Below are positions 1 through 9,831 of a stretch of DNA of 64,000 nucleotides, one piece after another (the stretch's first letter is position 1; every line of letters begins with the position of its first letter). The position numbers and the translations under genes were made by a program. The notes beneath the pieces were generated by a model, which was not told the origin of the DNA, did no database searches, and saw nothing but the letters and a program-made list of their open reading frames with translations. Origin of the DNA: Candidatus Anderseniibacteriota bacterium (GTDB lineage: Bacteria; Patescibacteriota; JAUYIX01); the NCBI GenBank assembly GCA_046350855.1, contig JAXLZM010000002.1, positions 14,103 through 78,102 on the forward strand, written 5' to 3'.

Positions 1-855
1 GAGCGCCGTTGTGGCAGAAGTGTTGTACGGCTATACGTGTGAGTCGCTCGACTCACGCTGATGTAAATCAATAGATAGTTAGCAGAAGCATCTGGAACGG
101 TGCGCCATAGAAGGTTACAGCCCTGTACGCGAAAATTATTTGTACATCTTTGTATAGATCGTTAGTACTACCAGACACGTGAAATCGGGTAGGAATCCGG
201 GACGACTACCGTCCCAAGGCTAAATACATATTGAGATCGATAGCGAACTAGTACCGTGAGGGAAAGGTGAAAAGCACCCCGGAAGGGGGATGAAAAGAAC
301 CTGAAACCATTTGTTTACGAGGAGTAGGAGCACTATGTCGGTTTACCGATACGTGCGACTGCGTGCCTCTTGGAGAATGAGCGCACGAGTTACTCTCGGT
401 GGCAAGGCTAAGGCGTTAACAGCCGGAGCCGCAGTGAAAGCGAGCACGTCAAGTGCGACAAGTCACTGGGAGTAGACACGAAACTGTGTGAGCTACACTT
501 GGGCAGGCTGAAGCGCGAGTAACATCGCGCGGAGGGCCGAACCCACCAGCCGTGCAATACTGGGGGATGACCTGAGTGTAGAGGAGAAATTCCAATCGAA
601 CACAGAGATAGCTTGTTTTCCCCGAAATAGTTTTTGGGCTAGCCTTGAGCGTCAAACCGTGGAGGTAGAGCACTGGATGGAACTGGATGGCCTTGTGCCT
701 ACTAGTTCCAATCAAACTCCGAATTCCATGGCTATTGGCTCAGGAGTCAGACGGTGGGAGCTAAGTTTCATCGTCAAGAGGAGAAGAGTCCGGATCGTCG
801 TCTAAGGTCCTTAAGTTTAGACTAAGTCGTGAACGAGGTAGAACCGCTTAAACAA

Positions 856-886
<31 letters not shown>

Positions 887-1805
887 TAAAGATAGCGTAA
901 CAGCTCACTGGTCCAGCGGTTCTGCGCGGAAAATATACCGGGGGTAAGTCTAATACCGAAGACACGAACTGTAGCCGACTTCGGTCGGCGCAGTGGTAGG
1001 GGAACGTTCTTGCCAGCAGTGAAGCGATACCGAGAGGAGTCGTGGAGCGGCAAGAAGTGAGAATGTGCGCATGAGTAACCAGAATGTGCCTGAGAATGGC
1101 ACACACCGTAAGTTCAAGGTTTCCTTCGCAACGAAAGTCAGCGAAGGGTGAGGCGGGCCTAAGGCGAGGCTGAAAAGCGTAGCCGATGGACAACAGGTTA
1201 ATATTCCTGTCCCACCGATAAACCGATCAAGCAACTGCGGGAAGCCAGCGAACAGAAGTTGTCGGCCCTTCGGGGTCGATGATGGATGAACGTTGGTGGA
1301 ACGTAGAAGCTAGTCGCAGGGTGACGAGCATGGGTATGTCAGCGGCCACTTGGTTGTGGGCCGTGGACTGCCGTAGTGGGTGAACTAGGCGAAATCCGGT
1401 TCATACTTAAACCACGAAGTAGGTCAAAAGAGTTAGTCTACGGACTAGCACAATCTGACAAGACCTAGGCTCCGAGAAAAACCTTGCCGACGAGGTTTGT
1501 TGGTGTCCGTACCAAAACCGACACAGGTGAACGAGGCGAGTAGCCTCAGGTGATCGGGTGAGTTCTCGTTAAGGAACTCGGCAATACAGCGACCGTAACT
1601 TCGGGATATGGTCTGCTCTGACTTCGGTCAGAGCCGCAGTAAAAGACTTCAGGCGACTGTTTAACAAAAACACAGGTCTCTGCAAAGCCGTAAGGCAACG
1701 TATAGGGGCTGATGCCTGGCCAGTATTGGAACGTTAAGGGCGGGGGTGCAAGCTCTTGCCTCAAGCGCCAATGAACGCCGGCGATAACTATAATCGTCCT
1801 AAGGT

Positions 1806-2121
1806 AGGTAACGCTGCCCTAGTGAGGTATGTAGTCGGATGAACTTCGGTTCAACCAACTACGAGACCTCTGTTCGAACTTTGCTTTTGCCAGCAAAGAG
1901 GTAGAACAAAAATCTGACCAAATGCTGGAACCTCTGGATCAAGTCCAGACAATCAGCAGGAAAGACTGACGCAAGTCAGAATCCTCAGAGACTACACGTC
2001 AGAACTCGGTTCAACCGAGTAAGATATAGTCCGAACTCTATAGCGATATAGAGAGTGTGTTGACCCTGCAGGAAACAGGGACAAACGACACGAATAACAC
2101 TAGAACCACTAGAATGGTTCG
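1806..2121 (+). mobile_element. Group I intron 1 (316 nt, no ORF), inserted after the U equivalent to E. coli 23S U1931 in helix 70.
   Basis: The upstream exon ends ...cctaaggt. 23S identity resumes at agcgaaattcc at 2122. The intron's last nucleotide is G (omega-G, ...ggttcg) and the preceding exon nucleotide is U, as expected for group I splicing. The boundary is ambiguous by 2 nt because of a repeated AG. Confidence 0.65.
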
Positions 2122-2141
2122 AGCGAAATTCCTTGTCGGGT

Positions 2142-2863
2142 AATGCCTGGTCGGCAATTTGCCCGATGGATGCAGCGATGCGTCCTAGCAATCTGGCTAA
2201 TATCGGTGAAGGCTACAGCGGATACGATCCGCTACGCTAATATCGAGGGAAGTTTGGACGGTCTACATGGACCTCCATAACCCCGTAACGACTGAACCGA
2301 AAGGTGAGCTCCAGCCCGTAAAATGGGTGGAGAATACGCCAGCTCTCTCATACAATGAGAGTCATGGAGTTCGCTTCGTACATAACTGGTTTTACCGACG
2401 GAGAAGGGACCTTTAGTGTCTCCTTTAACCGACGTACGAAGCTAAAAACTGGTATCGAGGTACGACCGAGCTTCTCACTTTCGCAACATCAGCGAAACGT
2501 GCAGATTCTCGAGCGTATCAAGGAATACTTTGGGTGTGGCGCGATCCGCTACTCAAAGCGGGACAAGTGCTACAAATACGAGGTTCGTGCAATCAACGAC
2601 CTCATCGAGCACATAATTCCGCACTTCCAACAGTATCCGTTGCACACGACTAAGCGAGCAGATTTTGAGCGGTTCGCCGCGATCTGCCAGTCAGTCGCCA
2701 GCAACAAACATCTAAACCGCGGTTCACTCAGTGTCATCATCAATGATGCATACAGGATGAACGAAAGCGGCATACGACGATATCACAAAGACGAACTCCT
2801 ACAGCTCTTAGAGAGATGAAGATATAGTCTGATCAAACGCGAAAGCGTTTGCTAACACACATG
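2142..2863 (+). mobile_element. Group I intron 2 (722 nt), inserted after the U equivalent to E. coli 23S U1951; carries a LAGLIDADG homing endonuclease ORF.
   Basis: The 20-nt exon agcgaaattccttgtcgggt is followed by non-rRNA sequence until aagttccgacccgcacgaatgg resumes at 2864. The intron ends in G (...cacacatg) and the 5' exon ends in U. Confidence 0.8.
2355..2819 (+). CDS. LAGLIDADG homing endonuclease, single-motif I-CreI-like, probably homodimeric (154 aa); intron-encoded.
   Basis: ORF lies inside intron 2. Protein contains the motif ITGFTDGEGTF (LAGLIDADG-type), is basic, and has the typical ~150-aa size. Confidence 0.88.
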   Translation: MRVMEFASYITGFTDGEGTFSVSFNRRTKLKTGIEVRPSFSLSQHQRNVQILERIKEYFGCGAIRYSKRDKCYKYEVRAINDLIEHIIPHFQQYPLHTTKRADFERFAAICQSVASNKHLNRGSLSVIINDAYRMNESGIRRYHKDELLQLLER

Positions 2864-3403
2864 AAGTTCCGACCCGCACGAATGGCATAACGATCTGAAG
2901 ACTGTCTCAACGAGGAGCCCGGTGAAATTGCATGGGCGGTAAAGATGCCGTCAACCTTCTGCTAGACGAAAAGACCCCGTGCAGCTTTACTACAACTTGG
3001 TATTGGTGCAAGGACGAATCTGTTTAGTGTAGGTGGGAGACTTTGAGGCGCGGTCGCTAGGCCGCGCGGAGTCGTCAATGAAACACCACCCTGATTTGTT
3101 TTTGTATCTAACGTTCGCCCTCTATCGGGTAGAACAGACAGTGCCTGGTGGGTAGTTTAACTGGGGCGGTTGCCTCACAAACAGTAACTGAGGCGTTTAC
3201 AAAGGTTCCCTAGCTCCGGATGGAAATCGGAGCGATAGTGCATTGGCATAAGGGAGCTTGACTGCGAGTCCTATAAGACAAGCAGATACGAAAGTAGAAC
3301 AAAGTGATCCGACCGTTGCTCGTAGGAGCGCGGAAGCTCAACAGATAAAAGTTACGCCGGGGATAACAGGCTGATCTGATCCAAGAGTCCATATCGACGA
3401 TCA

Positions 3404-3461
<58 letters not shown>

Positions 3462-3475
3462 TTGGCTGTTCGCCA

Positions 3476-3523
<48 letters not shown>

Positions 3524-3916
3524 ACTCCTATCTGCAGAAGGCGTGGAAATTTGAGGGGCGCATCCGTTAGTACGAGAGGACCACGGATGACGAACCGCTG
3601 GTGTACCAGTTGTCCTACCAAGGGCATCGCTGGGTAGCTATGTTCGGCAGGGATAAGCGCTGAAAGCATCTAAGTGCGAAGCCCTCCCCAAGATAAGATT
3701 TCATAGAATCCTAGGAGACTACTAGGTTGATAGGTGGTAGGTGGAAGCGCCGCGAGGCGTGGAGCCAAGCCATACTAATATTCATTGTTTTATTTGTGGG
3801 TCTTTGTATGAACCGCGAAGATCGTTTTGATCGACGCGTTCATCCGACTTTGACGAGTCATCTCTGGTAACAGCGTGCCGTTGCACGCGATCAGCAGGTT
3901 AAACCTGCAATAAAAA

Positions 3917-3942
3917 CCGGTCGGTTAGCGGCCGGTTTTTTA
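3917..3942 (+). terminator. Intrinsic terminator downstream of the 23S rRNA.
   Basis: Hairpin ccggtcgg-ttag-cggccgg followed by a tttttta run. Confidence 0.6.
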
Positions 3943-3984
3943 TTTGCTTGCGTTTGGGGCTCAAATGGTAAATCCTACTGCCGT

Positions 3985-5139
3985 ATGGCAACGCTCAAGG
4001 CGCGGGCCGAGCAACTTGTCTCGCTCGCCGATATCAAAATCAATGGCTCCCGTCCCTGGGACCTCCAGGTGCACAACGAGGCACTCTACGCCCGCATTTT
4101 TCGCCAGGGTTCCTTGGGCTTGGGTGAGGCCTACATGGATGGCTGGTGGGACGCGCCCCAGCTCGATCAATTTTTTTACAAAGTCTTTAGGGCCAAATTA
4201 GAAGACAAAGTGCAGCCGGCTACCATGGTGCTGCCGTTGCTCAAATCGTTTTTGGTCAACCAGCAAAATCGCACTACCTCACGCGTGTCGGTAGAACACT
4301 ACAACCTTGGCAACGACTTTTACGCTAAAATGCTCGACCGGCGCATGGCCTACACCTGTGCCTATTTTGGTCAGACCGAGTCACAGGGTGAACCACTCCC
4401 CGGTCGTACCAGTAAAACGCTCGACCAAGCCCAAGAAGACAAACTCGAGTTAGTCTGCAAAAAAATCGGCCTCAAGCGAGGCGAAAAAGTCCTCGACCTT
4501 GGTTGCGGCTGGGGCACCTTTGCCAAGTACGCCGCCGAAAAATACGGCGCACATGTGGTCGGCTACAACATCTCGACCGAGCAGGTGGCCTACGCTAAAC
4601 AAACTACCCAAGGCCTCCCCGTTGAGATTAAGCTCCAAGATTACCGCGACGCCACCGGCACGTACGATAAAGTCGTCTCCATTGGACTGGCCGAACATAT
4701 CGGCTACAAAAACTATCGTGGCTTTTTTGAGGTGATCAATCGCACGCTCAAGAACGACGGATTGGCACTGGTACACACCATCGGTAATCGTCGCTCGGTG
4801 ACCGGTACCGATCCTTGGCTCGCCACGTATATCTTTCCCAACTCAATGCTGCCGTCCATCAAGCAGCTCGGCAAAGCCATGGAAGGTCTCTTTATTATGG
4901 AGGACTGGCACAACTTTGGCGCCGATTACGACCTGACGCTGATGGCGTGGTTCAAAAACTTTGACCGCAATTGGCCAAGTAGTAAAGGTACTCAACCACA
5001 CTTTAATGACCGCTTTTACCGCATGTGGAAGTTCTACCTGCTCAGCTGCGCCGCCCTGTTTAGAGCCCGTAAAACACAACTATGGCAGATCGTGTTGAGT
5101 AAAAACGGCGTGCTCGGCGGCTACCAGTCCGTCCGTTAA
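3985..5139 (+). CDS. cfa: Cyclopropane-fatty-acyl-phospholipid synthase family SAM-dependent methyltransferase (Cfa/UfaM/BfaB-like), 384 aa.
   Basis: SAM-binding motif VLDLGCGWGTF and overall similarity to CFA synthases (…YNISTEQVAYAK…, C-terminal FYRMWKFYLL). Confidence 0.85.
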   Translation: MATLKARAEQLVSLADIKINGSRPWDLQVHNEALYARIFRQGSLGLGEAYMDGWWDAPQLDQFFYKVFRAKLEDKVQPATMVLPLLKSFLVNQQNRTTSRVSVEHYNLGNDFYAKMLDRRMAYTCAYFGQTESQGEPLPGRTSKTLDQAQEDKLELVCKKIGLKRGEKVLDLGCGWGTFAKYAAEKYGAHVVGYNISTEQVAYAKQTTQGLPVEIKLQDYRDATGTYDKVVSIGLAEHIGYKNYRGFFEVINRTLKNDGLALVHTIGNRRSVTGTDPWLATYIFPNSMLPSIKQLGKAMEGLFIMEDWHNFGADYDLTLMAWFKNFDRNWPSSKGTQPHFNDRFYRMWKFYLLSCAALFRARKTQLWQIVLSKNGVLGGYQSVR

Positions 5140-5173
5140 TCGGGATGAACCGCCCCGCCCAATCCCCATCAGT

Positions 5174-6568
5174 ATGATCACCCGCGCGGTATTCGAGGCC
5201 AAAAAACAAGCGTTATTGCGCGAGTTTGTCGCGCTTGCGCCGGCAGAACAAGTGGGCTTAAGCAAAAAAACGTCCAATCTTTTTAGATATCGAGATGACT
5301 CGCGTAAGCATAAGCTCGACGTGCGTTCATTTAATAACGTGATCAGCGTCGATGCAAACGCGCTCGTTGCGGATGTCGAAGGCATGACCACCTACGAGGA
5401 TCTGGTACGTGAGACGTTGCGCTATGGACTACTCCCACCCGTCGTACCGGAGCTCAAATCTATTACGATCGGCGGCGCCGTAAGCGGCATCGGGATCGAG
5501 TCGTCCTCATGGCGATATGGTCTCGTGCACGAGACGGTCCAGGAGTGTGAAGTATTACTCGCCGACGGAACAACCGTGACTTGCACACCTACCAACGAGC
5601 ATCGCGACCTGTTTTTTGGCCTGCCTAACTCGTATGGCACGCTCGGCTATATCGTACGGCTCAAGATCAAGCTCGTGCGCACCAAACCGTTTGTGCAACT
5701 ACGTCACCTGCATTTTTCTGATCCGCAGGCTTATTTTTCTGCCGTAGCACACCTGGTCAGTGCAAAATCGCATGCGGGTGAACCGTTCGATTATATCGAC
5801 GGCACTATTTTTGAGCGCGACAATCTCTACATAACACTGGGCCGCTTTGTCGACACCATCCCATCAGACCCAGCCGGAACGACAACGAGCGACTACACCT
5901 ACCGCCAGATCTACTACAAATCGATCGCACAAAAACAAACCGACTATCTAACAACACACGATTACATCTGGCGCTGGGATACGGATTGGTTTTGGTGCTC
6001 GAGTCACTTTGGCGTGCAAAATCCCTTGATCCGTCTCTTGGTTGGTCGGCGCTTTTTGCGTTCGACCACCTACTGGAAGATCCGCCACTGGTACCAGGGT
6101 GTCAGCGCACGCAGAGCCAAGGACTCGGCAGAAAAGCTGCAAAAAGCTGAATCCGTGGTCCAGGACGTAGAAATTCCGCTCAAAAACGCTGCCGCTTTTC
6201 TTACGTTCTTCCAAAAAAAGATTGGCATCAAACCGGTTTGGATGTGTCCGCTCGTGCCCGGACCTACTGCCAGCAGGTACGAGCTCTATCGCATGGCTCC
6301 GGGCGAGCTCTACATTAACTTTGGTTTTTGGGACGTGGTCAAAAGCAAGACCGCGCATCCGGATGGGTACCGTAACAAGTTGGTTGAGGCCAAGACGGCA
6401 GAACTGGGTGGCAAAAAATCTCTGTACTCCACCGCCTACTACGACCGCGAGACATTTTGGCAACTCTATAACAAATCTGCCTATGACCTGCTCAAGAAGA
6501 AATATGATCCGGCTGGTCGCTTTACAGATCTCTACCAAAAAACGACGCAAGCGGGCCGCGCACGCTAG
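5174..6568 (+). CDS. FAD-binding oxidoreductase with a PCMH-type FAD domain, DHCR24/BfaA-like (464 aa).
   Basis: Motifs ITIGGAVSGIGIESSSWRYGLVHETV and CTPTNEHRDLFFGLPNSYGTLGYIVRLKIKL resemble the DHCR24 / FAD-linked oxidase family. Lies 35 nt downstream of the cfa-like gene on the same strand. Confidence 0.7.
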   Translation: MITRAVFEAKKQALLREFVALAPAEQVGLSKKTSNLFRYRDDSRKHKLDVRSFNNVISVDANALVADVEGMTTYEDLVRETLRYGLLPPVVPELKSITIGGAVSGIGIESSSWRYGLVHETVQECEVLLADGTTVTCTPTNEHRDLFFGLPNSYGTLGYIVRLKIKLVRTKPFVQLRHLHFSDPQAYFSAVAHLVSAKSHAGEPFDYIDGTIFERDNLYITLGRFVDTIPSDPAGTTTSDYTYRQIYYKSIAQKQTDYLTTHDYIWRWDTDWFWCSSHFGVQNPLIRLLVGRRFLRSTTYWKIRHWYQGVSARRAKDSAEKLQKAESVVQDVEIPLKNAAAFLTFFQKKIGIKPVWMCPLVPGPTASRYELYRMAPGELYINFGFWDVVKSKTAHPDGYRNKLVEAKTAELGGKKSLYSTAYYDRETFWQLYNKSAYDLLKKKYDPAGRFTDLYQKTTQAGRAR

Positions 6569-6613
6569 AGATTTCTTGACAAAGGCTGCTTTTTGAGTTA
6601 GAATAGCTCTATT

Positions 6614-9442
6614 GTGACTTCCCGCACATACCGCCAAACACGCGGAAAGACGTCTCAGCCGATTATTTCGCGCTACGGACCGGTAATTCTGGCCTGCTCT
6701 ATGACCTTGGCGGTAGTACTAGTAACGGTAGCCTTAACCTCCCAAGAAAAGTTCAGCCGAGCCTCCTTTAACGGCGCGGCAACCCTGACTTTTACCGAGG
6801 AGTTTGATGCCACCACCTATAGGGACGTTGCTAACACCGATCTCAACTGGAACACGGCTGCGAGCCGTCTCGAGCTCAACCGCGACGCCGGCACGATCGA
6901 TGAGTTTGATCTTACGACCGCCGGTATCGAGACGCTCACCAGCACCGGTGGGTTTGCTGAGACAACTACGGCCCACTCGTTAACTCTCGACTCCCAAGAC
7001 CGACAGATCGTCGGTTTTATTTGTGATGCGGGAGGCGGCATTGGTGGAGCCTGTGTCTCGCGCTGGAATGGTTCAACCATGACCGCGATGGATGGAGTGA
7101 CGCCCGGGGCAGAGCTCGTAAGCGCTGACGACACAGCCCATGTCACGTATACCGTCAGCATCGATCTCAACCCAGTCACCGGCCAACCCTGCATTGCCTA
7201 CGACCAAGAAAACGCCGGGGGTAAGAGCGACGTCAAAATCTCCTGCTATACGGGAAGTGCCTGGCAAGGGCAGCTCTCTGGGGTGCCTGGTACGCCGGAC
7301 AATGTCACCGCCACAGCGGGCGCTAACGAAAACAATCCGAGTATCCGTATCGATTCCAACGGTCGGGCCGTTGTGGCTTACCAAGATGACGCGGGGTTCT
7401 CGGCTGACGTGTACGTCTCCCATAATACCGGCGCAGCGTATGAGGGGTACTTGGGCGCCTCGGACGATCAACTCACCAGCGCCGCTGATTACGAAGCTAC
7501 CCCGTTCCTCCGTCTTGATTCGAGTGATCAGCCCAACGTGGTCTACGGTGATACGACGGACACGGAAATTTACTTTACTCGCTTGGCAAGTGGCGCGTAT
7601 CGAAAACTCGATGGAACGGCTGGTGTGCAGGATATTTCTAACGGGGCGGGTAACTCGACATTTGGTGATATGGCACTGCGGGCTAACGACAACCCCGTCT
7701 TTGTTTGGACCCAGAACATTAGCGCCCCCAACCGACAAATCTGGTACACGGAATGGAATGGGGCCAGCCTCGTCCAATCGGATGGTTCAACCGCTGGACC
7801 GGAGGTCATCGTCACCGGCAACTCCAATGGCAATAGCTCACTCGATCTCGCCTCGGGCAACGAGCCTGCCCTCTGTTTTCTTAAAGCCGGAGTAGATGGT
7901 GGTGCCGCCCCAGATGTGTACTGTATTCGACACGTTGGCGGAACCGGTTGGGTGCACGTTGATGACCGCGCAACCCTGGGCCACCACAACGTCTCCAACT
8001 CCAACGCCATCTTTAATGGCAACCCAACCATCAAGCTGGACTCCTTTGACGATGTCAACCTGGTCTACCAAGAGGAGGTTAGTGGCAGCAACGACCTCTT
8101 TGGCATGGTCGTCGTGCGGCCGCGTATCAACGGCACCGCCCGCTCGACCGCGGTCGACAGCACGAGCGACAACATTACAGCCGCCACTTTGACCGACACC
8201 GAGACCCTCAATGGTGGAACCGACTCCTATAGCGTAAGCAACGATTGCAGCACCTTTGCGGCGGCGACGCCTGGTTCGCCCGTAACCTTTGCGACGACCG
8301 GTTCGGCCTTGTGCTGGCAAGTCGACTCTAACCGCGCGACCGACCCCCGCCGCTCGCCCACCATCGACACGATCAATCTCGAGTACGTGACTCAAGCTAC
8401 CCCCGAGCCCGAGCCAGAGCCCGGCAATGAAGTAATCCGTGTCGAAGGCGACAACCCTACCGACCAATCGATCGAAGTCTCCCAACAACGCTTTACGGAT
8501 GGGTCGGCCAACATTGCCTTTATCGCACGTAACGAACTTATGTCAGATGCCTTTGTCGGTACGACCCTCACGACCGCTTTTAATGGTCCGCTCTTGCTCA
8601 ATGATGTCGAGCACGCTAACCCGAGCATCATAACCGAGCTCCAGCGTGTCTTGGTCGATAACGACCAACCAATTTATCTCCTGGGCCGTGAGCGTGCCCA
8701 AACCGAGCAGGTCAAAGCCGAGCTCGAGGCCGCAGGCTTTACCAACATTGGCCGCTTGGGCGGAATTAATCGCAATGAGACGGCTGAGATTATCGCTAAC
8801 CATCTGACCGACAACAATAAAGTCGGCAGCAAGCTAGCCCTGACCGAAAACACCAGCTTGGTCGATGCTTTGAGCTACGGCGCCATCGCAGCCAATATCT
8901 CAGATGACAAAGTAGACCCGATTTTGATCACCGATCGGGCCAATCGGACCCTCAACGAGTTTGCCGATCGCTTTATGCAAAACCACACCCAGTTTACCTC
9001 ACTCGAAATCGTGGGTGGTTCGGCCGCCGTTGATGAGACGATGGAGCAAACCCTCAGCAGCAAGTTCCCCAATCTTACAACCATCACGCGCCAAGGCGGG
9101 GAGAACCGCTTTAAAACCAACATTGGTTTGGCTGAGACGTACTTTGCGACCCCGGTCACTATCGTGGTCGCTAGTGGCGAGCGCAAAGATATTCCAGGTG
9201 CACGCACAGTGAGTACCAAGCCACAGATTTCTGCGGACCAGTTCTTCTATGCACTCTTGCTGGCGGGTGGACTGGCCGCGGACAACAATGCGCCACTCAT
9301 CATTACGCAAACCGCAACCCTCCCAACCGAGGCGGGCGACTACATCTCCGATCACGCCGCCACGATTACCACGGCGATCATTGTCGGCACGACCGACCAG
9401 GTTAGCCAGGCCGTCCAAGACGAGATCGAGAGTAGTATTTAG
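6614..9442 (+). CDS. Large secreted or cell-surface protein (942 aa): N-terminal signal anchor, beta-rich region, PEPEPEP linker, three C-terminal cell-wall-binding (CWB2-like) repeats.
   Basis: Hydrophobic N-terminus (ILACSMTLAVVLVTVAL). Repeats of the form ...NDQPIYLLGRERAQTEQVKAELEAAGFTNIGRLGGINRNETAEIIANHL..., similar to the repeats in the 53456..55579 protein. GTG start as given by the ORF track; an in-frame ATG at 6701 is an alternative start. Confidence 0.6.
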   Translation: MTSRTYRQTRGKTSQPIISRYGPVILACSMTLAVVLVTVALTSQEKFSRASFNGAATLTFTEEFDATTYRDVANTDLNWNTAASRLELNRDAGTIDEFDLTTAGIETLTSTGGFAETTTAHSLTLDSQDRQIVGFICDAGGGIGGACVSRWNGSTMTAMDGVTPGAELVSADDTAHVTYTVSIDLNPVTGQPCIAYDQENAGGKSDVKISCYTGSAWQGQLSGVPGTPDNVTATAGANENNPSIRIDSNGRAVVAYQDDAGFSADVYVSHNTGAAYEGYLGASDDQLTSAADYEATPFLRLDSSDQPNVVYGDTTDTEIYFTRLASGAYRKLDGTAGVQDISNGAGNSTFGDMALRANDNPVFVWTQNISAPNRQIWYTEWNGASLVQSDGSTAGPEVIVTGNSNGNSSLDLASGNEPALCFLKAGVDGGAAPDVYCIRHVGGTGWVHVDDRATLGHHNVSNSNAIFNGNPTIKLDSFDDVNLVYQEEVSGSNDLFGMVVVRPRINGTARSTAVDSTSDNITAATLTDTETLNGGTDSYSVSNDCSTFAAATPGSPVTFATTGSALCWQVDSNRATDPRRSPTIDTINLEYVTQATPEPEPEPGNEVIRVEGDNPTDQSIEVSQQRFTDGSANIAFIARNELMSDAFVGTTLTTAFNGPLLLNDVEHANPSIITELQRVLVDNDQPIYLLGRERAQTEQVKAELEAAGFTNIGRLGGINRNETAEIIANHLTDNNKVGSKLALTENTSLVDALSYGAIAANISDDKVDPILITDRANRTLNEFADRFMQNHTQFTSLEIVGGSAAVDETMEQTLSSKFPNLTTITRQGGENRFKTNIGLAETYFATPVTIVVASGERKDIPGARTVSTKPQISADQFFYALLLAGGLAADNNAPLIITQTATLPTEAGDYISDHAATITTAIIVGTTDQVSQAVQDEIESSI

Positions 9443-9629
9443 ACGGCTATCTAGCTCCAGCACGTGGGTGAACTTGCTTTTACCCGCCGATTTTTTTAGT
9501 ATCAGCGCAGTGTTCTTTATAGTCAGAAATGGCCGATCACCCCTTTGAGGGGAGACCGGCTGTTTCGCTTTTCCAGGTGCTAGACAAAGCCCGACTTGAC
9601 GTGGTTCTCCCAGTAGGATAGCCTCCTCG

Positions 9630-9740
<111 letters not shown>

Positions 9741-9749
9741 TATGAAAGA

Positions 9750-9776
9750 ACCGCCCCCGAAGGGTGGTTTTTTCTT
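9750..9776 (+). terminator. Intrinsic terminator after the 5S rRNA.
   Basis: ccgccccc-gaa-gggtgg hairpin followed by ttttttc. Confidence 0.55.
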
Positions 9777-9811
9777 TACAAAAAAGGCCGACCTAGTTGC
9801 TCTAGGTCGGC
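9776..9811 (-). terminator. Intrinsic terminator for glnII (minus strand).
   Basis: 10-bp stem gccgacctag/ctaggtcggc preceded on the plus strand by an A6 run, which reads as a T-run after the hairpin on the minus strand. Confidence 0.6.
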
Positions 9812-9831
9812 ACAGTAGGTGGTCCTCGGTT

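Noticed and set aside
6817-9463. Numerous 80 to 235-aa ORFs on both strands within the 942-aa surface protein gene; likewise inside PBP1A (31983..33336), clpC (47976..50101), the 707-aa protein (53586..55039) and the GT4 gene (56827..57584).
   Set aside because: Overlapping out-of-frame or antisense ORFs with low-complexity Arg/Ala/Pro-rich translations. The long frames have domain support.
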